From positions 145,270-209,269 of the forward strand of contig RDEW01000064.1 in NCBI GenBank assembly GCA_011109175.1: a stretch of DNA of 64,000 bases, read 5' to 3'. This document shows positions 13,849-27,589 of the stretch, in pieces (position 1 is the stretch's first letter; each line of letters starts with the position of its first letter). The DNA is from Dicyema japonicum. Lineage: Eukaryota; Animalia; Dicyemida. The notes beneath the pieces were generated by a model, which saw only the letters and a program-made list of their open reading frames with translations, did no database searches and had not been told where the DNA came from. The position numbers and the translations under genes were made by a program.

Positions 13849-14539
13849 AAAAAACTATATTGGGAACATGGTTTTCCTGTTTTATGAGGATTACCTGTAT
13901 AATTGTGTGGACTAAAGTAAATACAGATAAAATTCTATGGACGGTAATTGCAGTAAGCAAAATACGAGTGAATATAAACCAAGTGAGCCACAGAAATTTT
14001 TAGCACATCCTAATTCATAGGTATCAGCCCAAACAACCAACATATTATAGAAATAAAACAAATTTGAGTATTAAAATCATAATATTCTTTTTTGTAAAAT
14101 TCCATTACAAACTCTGTGAGGGTATTGCTGTCTCTAGTCGTATTAACAGATAACTTTTAGAAATTGTAGAGAAGTATTGTCCATTTGTGACGGTTGGTAA
14201 TAAACATTTCTCGCTTGATTTTCAGCTTCTTTTTCAAGTGCATCACTCCAAACCTTGATAACTTTATATTTAACAACCATTTTTCTCATATTGCTAGCAA
14301 CAGGTCTAGCATCGATCTGAAATAATTATGAGGATCCAAAAGTTCCTTTTTTTCGTCATCAGTAAATGATTGTCGCACTAAGATGTATTTAATGTATCAA
14401 CTCATTTTAACTGAAAGAAATAACAATAATTTAATCATTGTATTGGTTATTTAATTTTGAACTTTATAAATGATTAGGAAATTAATTTTTGCTGGTTTAA
14501 TTATTTACGTTTTTTACATAAATAAGAAAATCATCTTTG

Positions 14540-14680
14540 GTGTTGCGTCATGTGATCCACTTGTCTTAAGTGGTCCCAAGTGACAGGCTGGAGTTATAAA
14601 GGATCAGTTGCTCTACTACACATTTCTCACACGCCACTTTAGAGGTTTTCACAATTGAAAGGAATGGAAGTCTTTACATG
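14540..14680 (+). repeat. Dispersed repeat family B, 5' part
   Basis: catgtgatccac.tgtct..gtgg..cc.agt..aggc.gg..aaaggatca..tgctct is shared with the reverse complement of about 28980-29060. Confidence 0.5.
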
Positions 14681-14699
14681 CTCGTTCTGGATGAATTGT

Positions 14700-14990
14700 G
14701 TTTTAAAATGAGATTTTGGAGATTAATTACGATATGAGTAGACGATCCGGTTCCGCAATGAAGAGTTCACTGCTGATGACGTCACTCGTCAAGCCAAATG
14801 GATGAATTGTGTTTTAAAATGAGATTTTGGAGATTAATTACGATATGAGTAGACGATCCGGTTCCGCAATGAAGAGTTCACTGCTGATGACGTCACTCGT
14901 CAAGCCAAAGCATCATAGATGTGTGGAACCTTCAGTTGGAATGAACAGAGACAAGATTCGAACTAGGAGCCATCGAGCCTTTTTCCCGGT
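14700..14990 (-). mobile_element. Diverged SINE subfamily sharing the family A core
   Basis: The minus strand has B-box agttcgaatc, then gaaggttccacacatctatgatgc..ttgacgagtgacgtcatcag..gcggaaccggatcgtcta, matching 63650-63790. Confidence 0.6.
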
Positions 14991-15214
14991 CCAAGTTATG
15001 TTATCCATTAAATTGAAATCCAATTCTCGGAATGTACAACTGAAGCACTTTTTGAGAAATTTTTTTATTTTAAAACCAAGAATCACCGACAAAATAAAAT
15101 AAGAGAGTGGAGACCGTCAGGTGATCCCGGCCTCCTTATATTAGGAAATAAATGTACATTATTAAAATTAAATAATGCCGTAATTTTACTTTAATTATTT
15201 AAATATTATCACCG

Positions 15215-15900
15215 TCCACACGTAAACAGCATGTAGAACTCCATCTAGCTTTTTCCAGTTTATGACGCTTTCTGGAAACAGGCTCGTGGTGAATGCAGAG
15301 AAGTCGTCTACGTCACTATTTACCTCGGACAAAAGATTGGGAAGGAAGACAGTCACCTTGAAGTTAAACAAGGTCGGCATCCCTTTCCACAGATGTCAAA
15401 GGATCTTGGGTGTCTACGTCACTATTTACCTCGGACAAAAGATTGGGAAGGAAGACAGTCACCTTGAAGTTAAACAAGGTCGGCATCCCTTTCAACAGAT
15501 GTCAAAGGATCTTGGGTGTGACAATTGATATGCATCTCTGTTTGACACCACACGTAGAAAACATTCTATTGAAATGCGAGAAGAAACTGAACGTATTGAA
15601 AAGTTTATCGGGAATATGGAAGAGTGGTACTCACCCAGTTTTGATGAACGTGTACAAACAGTACATCGAGCCATGTTTCTCATATGCATGCGCCTCGTGG
15701 GACCGTCCATATCTTGGACAAATATGAGGAAAATTGAGGAAATACAAAAGAGGGCTTACAGAGTACGGAGCGTTGGATTTGTGAAGATCATCGACCCGGA
15801 CCTACGCCTCTGGAGGCCCTTATGAGACTAGACTCCAGATCTCGGGAAGTTTGCCCTGAAAATTCAGGCAGCCGTCCTGTACGTTCATGCGCGGGCACGA
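15215..15900 (+). mobile_element. LINE (I/Jockey-like) RT C-terminal fragment
   Basis: NAEKSSTSLFTSD..RILGVTIDMHLCLTPHV..VYKQYIEPCFSYACASW; same group as 5349-6060. Confidence 0.75.
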
Positions 15901-16219
15901 AGGAAGAACACCGGGAAAAGATTAGGTCTCTGTTAGAATCATCGGGATCAAGTGATAATTAGTTTTGTTTTACCGTGGTCTTGGGTTAAATAAATAAAAA
16001 TTAATAAAAATGACGTTTTTCTGGCTCTAAAAAAACCATTTTCAGTGAAAACTCAATTTTGGTAGTATTTTATACCGAAAAATACTAAAATGTACACAAG
16101 AGAAAATTTGCAATTAATAATATTTAAAAATTTATTAAAAATTAAAAAAAGTTAATATAAAATCGGACATAAAAAAGCTTATTTTAAACATTTCTTTAAA
16201 AAAACAAGAAGTACCTTGA

Positions 16220-16802
16220 AAGCACTGGGGATGCGACAAGAGTCGCATGGCTCAAAACGGCAAACTGCCATTCAAAAGGTCCCTGGCTGAACGCCTATCC
16301 TTATCCCGAGATTGACACCCGCTGGATGATGAGGCAGCTAAGATCGTGTACCAATGCATGCCTGTCTAAACTTGAAATTGAAAAAACCATTTTCCTCTGA
16401 TTAGCACCTCTACATTTTATAGTCGACTGGTCTCATACTAGTCTATAACAAAAGCCGTGATGGGATGACAACATTCCCTTTGGCTAAATCTCGGAACCTG
16501 GTTTTAAAAACTGCATGTGTTGATAATTCTCTCCGAAAATTTTATCCGCTTCAGTCTCGGACCCAAGTTATGTTTCTAAGCAAACCGAAGATCAGAAGAG
16601 AAGGAAATATGGAAGCATTCACTTGTTTGTCTAAATTTTTATTGAAACGTCAAGAATCCTTGGCCCACAAACAGGTGACCTAGTTCATCTGATCGGTTCA
16701 TAATCTAAAGTATCCTAAGAATCCACGTGATACTTGATGGCTTAGAAAGCGTATCTCGATAGTAATCGTCAGAGGAAACAGCATGACCATCAAAGCTCCC
16801 TA
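16220..16802 (+). mobile_element. Two small CRE-like fragments (16220-16345; 3' end 16690-16802)
   Basis: KGPWLNAYPYPEIDTRLDDEAAK-like frame, and the RE..WLRKRISIVIVRGNSMTIKAP* terminus. Confidence 0.5.
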
Positions 16803-16989
16803 AATTAAGTGCTCTTTAAAAATTTTTTAATTTTTTTTAAAAAATAACTCTCAATATAAAAAAATCAATCTAAAAGTGCAAAATACAACTCTAACCATAT
16901 AAAAGTCTCACCTCATCCCTAAGTTGTGTATAATCTCAGCCCTAACTTCGTCTAAACGAGTCGATGATTTAAATCGCAATCCATCGCAG

Positions 16990-17470
16990 AATTGCTAAAT
17001 TTCCTGACTGAAATGCGTTAACAATTTCAAAATTTTTTTTCAAAATTCATGAAATAATATTTCACTGCTTCAAACCAACTTCCCCATCTGCATAAATTAA
17101 GCAAAATTTACCACATCAGGTGAATATCCAACATCCTTCAACAAACTACGACGTTGTCGGGTTTTTACTGTGGCACTTTAATGCTTGCAATTAAGCCATT
17201 TATTTCCGGATATGCACACTTTATACGCAAAATCGTATTGTGTGACAAATGAGAAACACACGTCACATGGTGCATGTTGTTATGACCATTAATGCTTTAC
17301 CACCTATTTATTTAGATAAATTTATATCACCAGAAATCATATAAGGAGCGGCATCTGAAATTACTAGATGAAAAGTGTCACAATAATCTTCATTTCTCTA
17401 ATGACGTCATCTATTTATTGGCAATAAGCGAATGCTCCCAATTAGAATCACTAAAAAACCTTTCCTGCTT
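16990..17470 (-). mobile_element. hAT (CGGBP1-like) transposase fragment
   Basis: The minus strand gives ISDAAPYM..HHVTCVSHLSHN (DAAPYM/CxAH motifs). Confidence 0.55.
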
Positions 17471-17479
17471 AACATGACA

Positions 17480-17620
17480 TTACGGAATAAGCGTTTCCGT
17501 GGACAACTGAGATCCCAATTCGTTGCCTCAGTCAGACCGCTTCTCGCACGTCTTTCTTACGGTGGGCCAATTTCCCCCGATTTCCTTTAGGAAAGAGGCT
17601 GTAATACTTCCGGCCGCACC
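17480..17620 (-). mobile_element. CRE-like 3' end
   Basis: Nucleotide homology to 54400-54545 and 60240-60385. Confidence 0.65.
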
Positions 17621-17735
17621 AGATTGTTAAATTATTTTATTATCATTTTATGGGCGACATTAAAATCATTTTTTAAATGCAATTTAAATCAAATTTTTTT
17701 AATAAAAAAAATTGTTTAGTATATTAAAAATTAAA

Positions 17736-18044
17736 TTAAGGCATCTGAATGGCCATGCTATTTCCCCTAACAATAGCGAACGAGATACGTTCTCGGAACC
17801 AACCAGTGTCTCGCGGATCCTTGGTCACAGCTTGAATCATGGAGCCGATCTTACGAACCAACTCATCTGCTTGGGGGCCAAGGATTCCTGACGTTTCCAC
17901 CGCGAATGGAACAAATATATACTCCTCCAAAATTCTCTGGTATTTCCTTCTCTTTCGTTCCTCGGCCTGCTTCGAAGCATGTCCTGGGTCTGAAGCAGAA
18001 GCAACCAAATTAGACGGGGAATTAGAATTTAAAAAAATTAGCAC
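17736..18044 (-). mobile_element. CRE-like RLE endonuclease 3' end
   Basis: ASKQAEERKRRKYQRILEEYIFVPFAVETSGILG..WFRERISFAIVRGNSMAIQMP*. Confidence 0.8.
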
Positions 18045-18269
18045 TTAAATTTAAAAATAGCACTTATAGCATTTATAATGCATGTTTATTTTTAACAAAA
18101 TTAAAAAATAATTATTCCAAATTTAATTTTATATTAAAATAAGTATAAAAATAACATTTTAGCACTTAAATTGGCCTAGTCATCATTATTGATGACTAAT
18201 TGTTAGGACGGAAATAATAGGACATTTTTTAGGACATTTTAAAAACAAAATGCTACATTAGCATGAAAT

Positions 18270-18900
18270 ATTTTTTTCAATATTGTTTACATTGAAATTT
18301 CTATCTTTAGACATCTGTTTTTTCAAAAGGGAGAAAGATTGCTCCTCTGCAATTGAAGTAGCGGGATAGTTTAGAAGGTTGCAAAATGTAATTGGATTTA
18401 TTAATTTGTTATTCATTTTAACAACATCCATTAAATCATTTTACCTTCAATTGAATGCCGTGAGTTTTGTAATTTTTCCAAATTAGATTTTAGCATTTAT
18501 ATTTCGCAATTTCAAAAAGTTCATGAAACAAATTTTCATTCATTATTGATTGCTTCACAATTGCAACTATAATCCTATCGTTTTCAAAATTGTTTACTAT
18601 GTCTTTTATTGTAACGAGATTTTCGGAATAATAAAATGACGTTTCTAAGAAACTTCCCCATCTTGTGATAATTACATCTGGAGGTAATTTAATTCCATCA
18701 AAAATAGATCTGCGCTTTATTGATTTCGAAAAAGAAATTTTTTCAAAAGTCATTAACTGCAAGATATTTTGACATTGTTTTCATTTACAACTTTGTAGCA
18801 AATGAAAAAAATAAGTATTATGAAAATTTTTATTATTTTCATTATTTTGTCTGACTTCACCATATAAGGAGCCACATCGCTAATAAATATGTCAAACTTG
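18270..18900 (-). mobile_element. hAT (CGGBP1-like) transposase fragment
   Basis: ISDVAPYM and LPPDVIITRWGSFLETSFYYSEN motifs. Confidence 0.6.
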
Positions 18901-19619
18901 AAATTTTAAATAAAAATTTATCAAAAACATCTCTAATTGTTTGAATTATAACAGTTGTGGGGGAGCTATTAAATAGATTTTCATAGATAGCAGGTAGACA
19001 CGATAACAGAACGTCCAAGACGGCAAGAGAAAAAAGTGAGTAGCCAGATCTATACCTGGAATTTCCATGGGATGATCTTGCTCAGAGCGCATCTATATGT
19101 CCTGACAAACGGTTTAAAGACATCAGTTAAGATTTGCGATCGTTAAAATCTTCAATAATAATAAATCTAATCCACTTTCTTAACAAGGAAATTTTCTCGT
19201 GGATTAACTCTTTGATATGGCAATATATCAATTCCTACTCTCCTGCATATTTGGATGAATTTCCAGATATCGTTTATGCTGGGCATTAACATTTGAAGCT
19301 CTTTCATCTACGAGAAATAATAGCTAGTGGGTTGAACGCATGCAAGGAAGACTTCTGAAGTTGAATAAACAGCTCAAGCAAATCTCGGAGCTTGTCGAAC
19401 AGAAGGGAAATAAGAGGTTCGATGACGATACGAGAGATACACTGTGCCATTGTGGAAATCGAAATTTGAAATAGGGTGAATTGGGAAGAATAGTTAGTTG
19501 CATTCAGGATGAAATAAATATTGTGGAGAAAAACTCAGAGTACATAAATCCCGGAAGGAATTCAGGAACAAAATTGGTGTTTCGAACCCAATCGGAGGCT
19601 TTTTTATAGAAAGTCAAAT

Positions 19620-20070
19620 GGAGAAACCAGGGATGCCACATTCTGTTTTAAAGAAAGTAATGTCTAGCATTTTTGGAAAATATTTGAAAGGAGCATGATA
19701 TCAAGGAAACACATATTCGATGAGTAAGAGAGTTACTAGAGTAGAAAACACACTTGTAGATCGCAAGAAAAAAAATATCCTTGAAATAATTAATTCCTGC
19801 CTAATTCTAATCTTCAAAGCTACTGGACTTGAACCAAATGCATAAAAATCGGCTACTAATGATTCTGGGTTTAGCTCCCAAGCCAAACTGCTGGATGGAA
19901 TGGTGTATTGGAGGACAAAACTAGCATCGTCTTGAAAAACGAAATTCTAAAGACGATTTTTGATGGAGTTAAGAATAGAATTGACAACTTGTTAGTGATA
20001 AAATTAAATTCTGTAAACCTGTTCAAGGCCATGAATGATCATGCTGTCTCTCTCTATACAACTACTACAT
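19620..20070 (+). mobile_element. NeSL/Utopia-like RLE non-LTR RT fragment
   Basis: ..KNRIDNLLVIKLNSVNLFKAMNDHAVSLYNYYIGL; same group as 35070-36934. Confidence 0.5.
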
Positions 20071-20074
20071 CGGA

Positions 20075-21600
20075 TTAATGACGCACCCACAGGGAGAGGG
20101 TATAAACTCCTCAAACACCAGCATTCTATATTAATTGGCAATAAAGGAGAACATAGTCTCAATCATCTCACAGCTCAGATTACGGACATCTACAAATAAC
20201 CAGTCAATACTACTTTTAACCAACTCCCAATAATTGGCATCCAACAATCGGGGGAGACTGGTGTCACAGTAATCATTGACTCCTTTAATAACCCCCATTT
20301 GTTAGCAATTATCAATATAATGCATATTGTCCATCATTATACGTCCATCCACTACCTCTTCTATGATATTCAGAGAATTTGTTAGTACTTGATCATCACC
20401 TCCCTTCAGTTCCTTCCACAGACTACAATGAGTACATAAAGTACAAGTNAGCAATTATCAATATAATGCNNNNNNNNNNNNNNNNNNNNNNNNNNNNNNN
20501 NNNNNNNNNNNNNNNNNNNNNNNNNNNNNNNNNNNNNNNNNNNNNNNNNNNNNNNNNNNNNNNNNNNNNNNNNNNNNNNNNNNNNNNNNNNNNNNNNNNN
20601 NNNNNNNNNNNNNNNNNNNNNNNNNNNNNNNNNNNNNNNNNNNNNNNNNNNNNNNNNNNNNNNNNNNNNNNNNNNNNNNNNNNNNNNNNNNNNNNNNNNN
20701 NNNNNNNNNNNNNNNNNNNNNNNNNNNNNNNNNNNNNNNNNNNNNNNNNNNNNNNNNNNNNNNNNNNNNNNNNNNNNNNNNNNNNNNNNNNNNNNNNNNN
20801 NNNNNNATCTCTGCAACACACGATAAGAAGCGGATGGAAGCATAGTCAATGCCACTTGCAAAGCGGAGAGATTCTTAGCCAACAAACAGGCCTTAATGAC
20901 GCACCCACAGAAAGAGGGTATAACCTCCTCAAACACCAGCATTCTATAGTAATTGGCAATAAAGGAGAACATAGTCTCAATCATCTCACAGCTCAGATTA
21001 CGGACATCTACAAAATAACCAGTCAATACTACTTTTAACCAACTCCCAATAATTGGCATCCAACAATCGGGGGAGACTGGTGTCACAGTAATCATTGATT
21101 CCATTAATAACCTTCATTTGTTGGCAATTGTCAATATAATGCAATTGTCCATCATTATAAGCCAATCCAGTACCTCTTCTATGATATTCAGAGAATTTGT
21201 TAGTACTTGATCATCACCTCCCTTCAGTTCCTTCCACAGACTACAATGAGTACATAAAGTACAAATCCACACAAACGTCCCCATATAATATCTCAATTTG
21301 CCTGGGGGTGAGTAATGCACTGTTAATCTGGTTTTTTGTGGGCACGGAGAGTGTCATCAAATTTTTTTCAACTTCAGAATCAGCCGTGTCACCGTATTCT
21401 GCATCCCATATCTTTCTTCCATCTGAGGAACCCCATATCTGCTCAAAACATAACCACGTGCTTTGCGGTGGTCCTCATTTTTCGAGAACGCAACAGTTCC
21501 GTAATCGAACGACCTACAAACGTTCAATTGGACCAAACAACTCTAACTGTTCTTATCTTCTCCGAACTCAAATAAAGTCTGATCCTTTACTTTCCAACTG
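20075..21600 (-). pseudogene. Copies 2 and 3 of the unidentified multi-copy host gene fragment, flanking the N gap
   Basis: Direct homology to 6870-7640. Spliced frame DAEYGDTADSEVEKNLMTLSVPTKNQINSALLTPRQIEILYGDVCVDF|LWKELKGGDDQVLTNSLNIIEEV..; copy 3 has TGG>TGA. Confidence 0.45.
20470..20806. other. Assembly gap (337 N)
   Basis: Run of n. Confidence 1.
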
Positions 21601-22989
21601 AATTATTAACAAGTGACACGAAGTATTTAGAAGGTCGATCGCTAGAGCAGAAATACAATCATTTTGAAAAGATCATTTTGAAAGACAATTGAAAAGGTCG
21701 AATCGACTCCGGCTTACGGATCAATACCCTTATCGGAAATAATGAAACAAGCCTCGACGAGAGACAGTCTGCATCTGGAATTCTACCCGACTAGGATTGA
21801 AAAAAATCGAGCTCACCTTTGAACCCGTCGTTATATACGAATACCACACAAACGATGCTGTGTCTAAGAACACTCGGTTGGATAACACTCGGTCAGAAGC
21901 TTTCAAAATATGAGAGTCGGCTAACTTCAAAACAATTTGAATCCCCTACAGTGGGACAAAATAATAAACGTTATCCTAAGAACTACCAGAATAATCACCT
22001 CTGAGTGTCAAAAAAACAAAATCCCCATTTTAACAAATTTCTGCGGATTCTTAATGATTTGTTCATTAGAGGAATAAAGCGTAAAATTCGCGCAAAGTCA
22101 TCAACTCAAGCTAGCATGTGATTTACACAAAAAACCACCAAATCGATTTTTATTTCGTTTTTATTTAATAAATTATTTGTCTCAGTCCATACATGCGAGA
22201 CGCCGTACATTCGAGATTCATCACAAAATACAAAAGAAAAATTTTCTTAGTAAAACTTTAATTGGAAAAAATTATTAATAATATCAAATTACATATAGTA
22301 CATATTTTATTTAAAATAATAATTTATAAAACATGTATCTAGTGAACCTAACATGTCATACCTTGGAAAATTTAAGATCAACTGTGCTACTGGTAACATA
22401 GATATTTGCCCTGACTGGAGAGAACGGGCAAATATCAAAAGACGTGCCTTAGAATCAGCACTTGCAAGAGTTACGCAATAAATTTGCCATTTCGCATGTT
22501 ACAGGATGTCCACGAGCTACTTGGATACAAGGACAAGTAGAGCGGTTTTTGTTTTTTTATCTTAATAGATTTAATTAATAAATTGAAAGATGGGTTTCTA
22601 CCACGAGTTCATCCAAGGGGAATATTGGAAGTTATATTGACTTCATAAAAGACATTGTACGGGATTATAGTAAATCAAAACTTTATACAAGACAGCGGCC
22701 TTTTGAGATTATTACAACGTCAAACTAACAAATCAATCGATAAATTATTATTGGATTTAAATTAGGAGTAGGTTAAAGGTGAACACAAGAGGAGAGGCCA
22801 TAATTAAAATTGCCTCTTCCAAAATATCCTTTCGAGAAATTGGGAAAACTCTCAGTCTACTTTGATAACCCTATTATTTTACGATATTTAATTTATTATA
22901 AAAATAAAAAAATAAAAAAAATTTATTAAAATTAAACGATCAATCTTTTCGGTTGAAGTGGTGACGTGCTTCTGTTTTTCTTCTCTAGA

Positions 22990-25900
22990 AAAATTCATTT
23001 CTTTATCATGTCTAAATGCAAAATTTTTGTTTTCCATCGCCACATTCAATGTTCGTGGCCTCTCATCTCTGATCAAGAGGGAACTATTATCCGAAAATTT
23101 GTCCCGATACAAAATCGACATTTGCTGAATCAGGAAACAAAGAAAGCCCTAGGATCCGATGAAACCATTGGTAACTACCGGATTCTTCTACTCCCATCAG
23201 AAAATTGGCATTACGGTCTTGGTTTTGCAATTAACTCGAACCTATTGAACTGCTTGCATAAAGTATGGACAGTCAGTGATCGTGTTGCCGTTATGCAATT
23301 TGTTTATCATCTACAAACAATACTATAATGACTGTTATCAATTTATATGCCCCACACATGGGCAGAGTTTCCAAAAATATGGATGAGTTGGAAGAGTTTT
23401 ATCAAATCCTATCGAATACTTATATTTGAGTTCATCGATCTGCACTTATATTTATCTGTGGTGACTGGAATGCCAACGCTGGTATGAGAAGGCACGACGA
23501 AGTCTGTATGGGAAAATATGGCAGAGGGTATCGTAATCTCTCTGGACACTCACTCATGGATTTTTGTGATTCATCAAATCTGTATCTATGCAATACCACT
23601 TTTAAATACCCAGCAAAACATATAACTACCTGGGTTGGCATAAGAAGGTCCAAAGACGAACATACGTGCATATTCAACCAAATAGACTACACTATCTGCC
23701 CTATCTCCTTGAAGAGACTTCTGTCTGACTCTAGGAGTTATGGAGGAACCACTACTGACAGTGACCATAAGCTAACGGTGGCCAGATTAAATCTCAAACG
23801 ATACTACGGAATTGAGGCAGTCAAGAGGAAAAGCACACCTCTAAATAAACGTTTGGCTGTGGAAATGTTGACTTTTGACACTTGGCAAAAGAGATACAAC
23901 AAAATGTCTCTAAACGTTTACGTGGAGTTGAACCCAGTGGCACCCCCTCGACTGACCTCGGAAAGATCTTGGATATTCTAAAACTGTTGGATACCAGGAA
24001 AAAGACCAAAATAGACGAATGATTCATGACCCCTTAATTCGAGAATTGTCTGAACAGCAGAAAGAAATACATTCGAAACTGGGAAGTTTAAATTCGAATA
24101 ATGTGCATTAAGGAGAAAATGCAATCAAATATCGCATCTGATAAGAAGACGATCAAATATACTTTGGCACAAATATTTGGACGATAAAGCAACTGAAATC
24201 GAAAACTGTCAGTATGGAAGACGAATGTTCTCTGCTGTTAGACTACTTACACGAGGAACTGCAAAGAAACCACTGAAAGTCTGTGACGACGAAGGTCAAT
24301 ATCTTCAAAACACTGAGGATAAAGCAAATTATATTGCTAGACACTTCGAGTCGTTGTTTAAATCTGAAGGGATTAATGTACCTAAATTTATTGGATATCC
24401 GAGACCCCTTACAAACAAAATTACAATAAAGGAAGTAACCGATGCATTTATGCATCTAAAGGGAAATCGGTCGACTAGTTATGATGGCATTCCGGGTAAG
24501 TTACTAAAACATGCCCCGGTTACTGTTGGGAATATAATCACGAATATCTTAAATGAGTCGATGGAACTTCACTGTCCACTTTTTTGGGACATGGAATCTT
24601 ATTTCCAATACATAAACCTGGGAAAAAAGAAGCGTCGTTGGACGGACTAAGACCTATTATTCTATTGTCAGTTATCAGAAAAACCTTATCGATCATAGTG
24701 TTTAACCGTATACGAGAGCCAGCGGAAAAATACCTTTCCCTAAGTCAAAGTGGGTTTAGAAGTGGAAGATCAACCTCAGATATTGTGTGGAGTCATCGAT
24801 GGCTCACGTCGTATACGAGAGCCAGCGGAAAAATACCTTTCCCTAAGTCAAAGTGGGTTTAGAAGTGGAAGATCAACCTCAGATATTGTGTGGAGTCATC
24901 GATGGCTCACGCTAATATGTCAAAAATACACGAAAGTAATCTACATCCTAGGAATTAATCTAACGAAGGCTTAAGACAGCATCAATAAAGAAAAACTCAT
25001 AATTGTTCTAAAGGAACTGCGTGACGAGGACTGCCTGAGACTAATAAGTTTATTACTTTCCGAAACTGACCTATCCGTGAGAATAGAACAAAGAATTCGA
25101 AGAGTTTCAGTACCAACATGGGCACTCCACAAGGAGATTCCTTGTCCACAATTATATTTATTGTTTACCTCGAAGCTGCGCTCAAGGAATTGAGAAATGT
25201 CATGGGTCCTAAATACCGGGACATAACAGAGTTAATTTATGCGGATGATGTAGACTTTGTGTCTACCGACCATGCGCTCAAGGAATTGAGAAATGTCATG
25301 GGTCCTAAATACCGGGACATAACAGAGTTAATTTATGCGGATGATGTAGACTTTGTGTCTACCGACCAAAAAATACTTGACCAAATTTTACTTCAAGCCG
25401 AACGTATTTTTAAGAATTGGGATTTACGCATAAACATTAAAAAAACTGATTATACACGAGTCGAACGAGCAGAATCAAGGAACGATGAGTGCTGGAGACA
25501 TACCGATATTTGTCGAAGGAAAATGCTGGCTACCATATACTTCAAAAAAATGTACCAAATTTGGATAAGAAAAAAACATGTATCACTGAAACTACGTGTC
25601 AAACTATACGACACGTTTATTAAACCAATTTTGCTATACAATTCCGGAACATGGGCATGTTCTAAAATTGATTTAGAGAAGCTAGATACTTTTCACAGGA
25701 ACCAACTCCGCATGTTGATTGGAATTTTTTGGCGAGAAAAATCTTAAATGAAAATCTATATTCACGATGTAAATCCAGACCACTCAGCACCGATGTTATT
25801 TTATCGAGATGGCGACTATTTGGACATATCTTCAGACTGGACCCGACTACGCCATGCAACAGAATAAAGGAAGAATATTTCTAATACGCCGGAAGTCGCG
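22990..25900 (+). mobile_element. Near full-length degenerate RTE-clade LINE (APE endonuclease plus RT)
   Basis: EN: GLGFAIN..INLYAPH..ICGDWNANAG..NQIDY..SDH; RT: LRPIILLS..QSGFRSGRSTSD..GTPQGDSLS..YADDVD..LYDTFIKPILLYNSGTW; many frameshifts. Confidence 0.9.
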
Positions 25901-26181
25901 GATTTCGAGTAGTCCTACTCGCTGCGAAAAAGAGTCTGTCCTTTATCTTTGTATAATTTATTATATAAAAAATAAAATTAACTACTTCCAATTTATGTGT
26001 TCGTACTCTCAACATAGAATCAAATGTAATAGCTTCCTCCTTTATAAAAGTGTCGTAGTTCTATAACACAAAATTTTTATTATCACGTTAAGTTAAATCA
26101 AAATTATTCAATAACTTAACATATCTTTAATTAAGTGCGGCTGCTCTATAGTTAATATAATGGAATTATAAATTTCAAAAA

Positions 26182-26253
26182 ATCCGCGTCCGGGAATCGA
26201 ACCCGAATATCCAAAATAAAAATCTGAAATCTTAACCACTAGACCAACGCAAA
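26182..26253 (-). tRNA. tRNA-Glu-like gene/pseudogene with anticodon TTT (TTC expected)
   Basis: 72-nt cloverleaf TTTGCGT TG GTCT AGTGGTTA AGAT T TCAGA TTTTTAT TTTGG ATAT TCGGG TTCGATT CCCGG ACGCGGA, followed by a T-run terminator; all stems pair using G:U. Confidence 0.75.
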
Positions 26254-27589
26254 TTGTTTTTAGTGACGTCAACTATTCAACTGTCAACTATAATTTTTCA
26301 TTTATATTTCCTCGGACATTGTATTTTGAGAGGTGACGTCGATGAAACTTGTAAGTTTTTTAGCTCCTGTTTACTTTCCTCCAGGTTCACGAGTTGCATA
26401 ACAGAATGGATCAGAAAAACGTTTTATAAATTTTAGTCCTATTCTGAGAGAGATGTGCCTTCTTCGTATCCAAATATTCCAAAATTTCTTAAAGATAGTG
26501 CCCAGTAACTTCCTTCTTCTGATATCCTCCGGGTATTCCAAAATGAGAAACGGGAATTAAAAGTTAAATTATTATTTCTCGAACGTTCTTAATAATATAA
26601 TTGTCAATATATCAAAATATGTCAGGGTACATAATACGTCACGAGCCTAGAGTGTTACCAAGCCTAGGTGGTTACACTTCGGTTATTTTTCGATAAAGAT
26701 TGAAAATTAATTTATTGTTTGAGATAAATATATGAAATTAAAATTTTTTATTTAATAAAAACAGCATAGGAAATTAGTGTAATTATAGATTTATAATAAT
26801 TATAATGTATAAATGGCCCTTGTGTTCGTAAATAACATAGAGTATTATTATTCTATTTCGTAGAATCCTGATATCCACGTATGTGAAAGAAACAATCAAC
26901 TGAGGATTATACAGTAACCGCCCCGCTTGCATGACTATTCCCAATCTGGATAGCTAGTGAGACTCGCTCAAAATCCAACAGCGTTCACGTAGATATCTTG
27001 TTCGTGTAGAAATCCGATTCCCTAGACGACCCAGGAATTTCAGCGTCGAATATGGACTGATGTATTTGCATATTGAGTTAACGATAATTAGGTTTTTATG
27101 ATCGATTTTGTTTTCTCAGATAAATTAAATATTTTTATTTTTTACAAAAACACAGAGTTCTAATTGTTGATCCTCCCAGACATAATTGACGTGGTCGGTT
27201 CAAATGGTAGTAATTGATATGAACTGGAATAGTCACTGAGTTTCATAATTCGATTCTTACAACACTATTTACCTGGTAGTAGGATTCATTTCTGTCTATT
27301 GACTCCTTCAGAGTTCTCACGACAACACATCTTTCAGGAGACGTCCATTTTCCAAAAAGGATCTCTAATCCCAACACTACAAGAAAGGTTGATACAATGG
27401 GGGATGTGATAGACCTGGTGCCTTGAAAGGAAGCACTCATACCGTGGAAACTAGATTTACCTAATAAGCAATATGTAGACTATTTTTTTTTTATTTTTAA
27501 TTATTTATAATATGAATCCAGACTGTTGTTACCAAAAACGACATGTGTTGTATTTTTTATATATATTTGTGGAAAGGACAAGAAGACTA

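Noticed and set aside
20379-21104. Long ORFs of 219, 232 and 132 aa in the ORF track
   Set aside because: They are artefacts of reading through the N gap.
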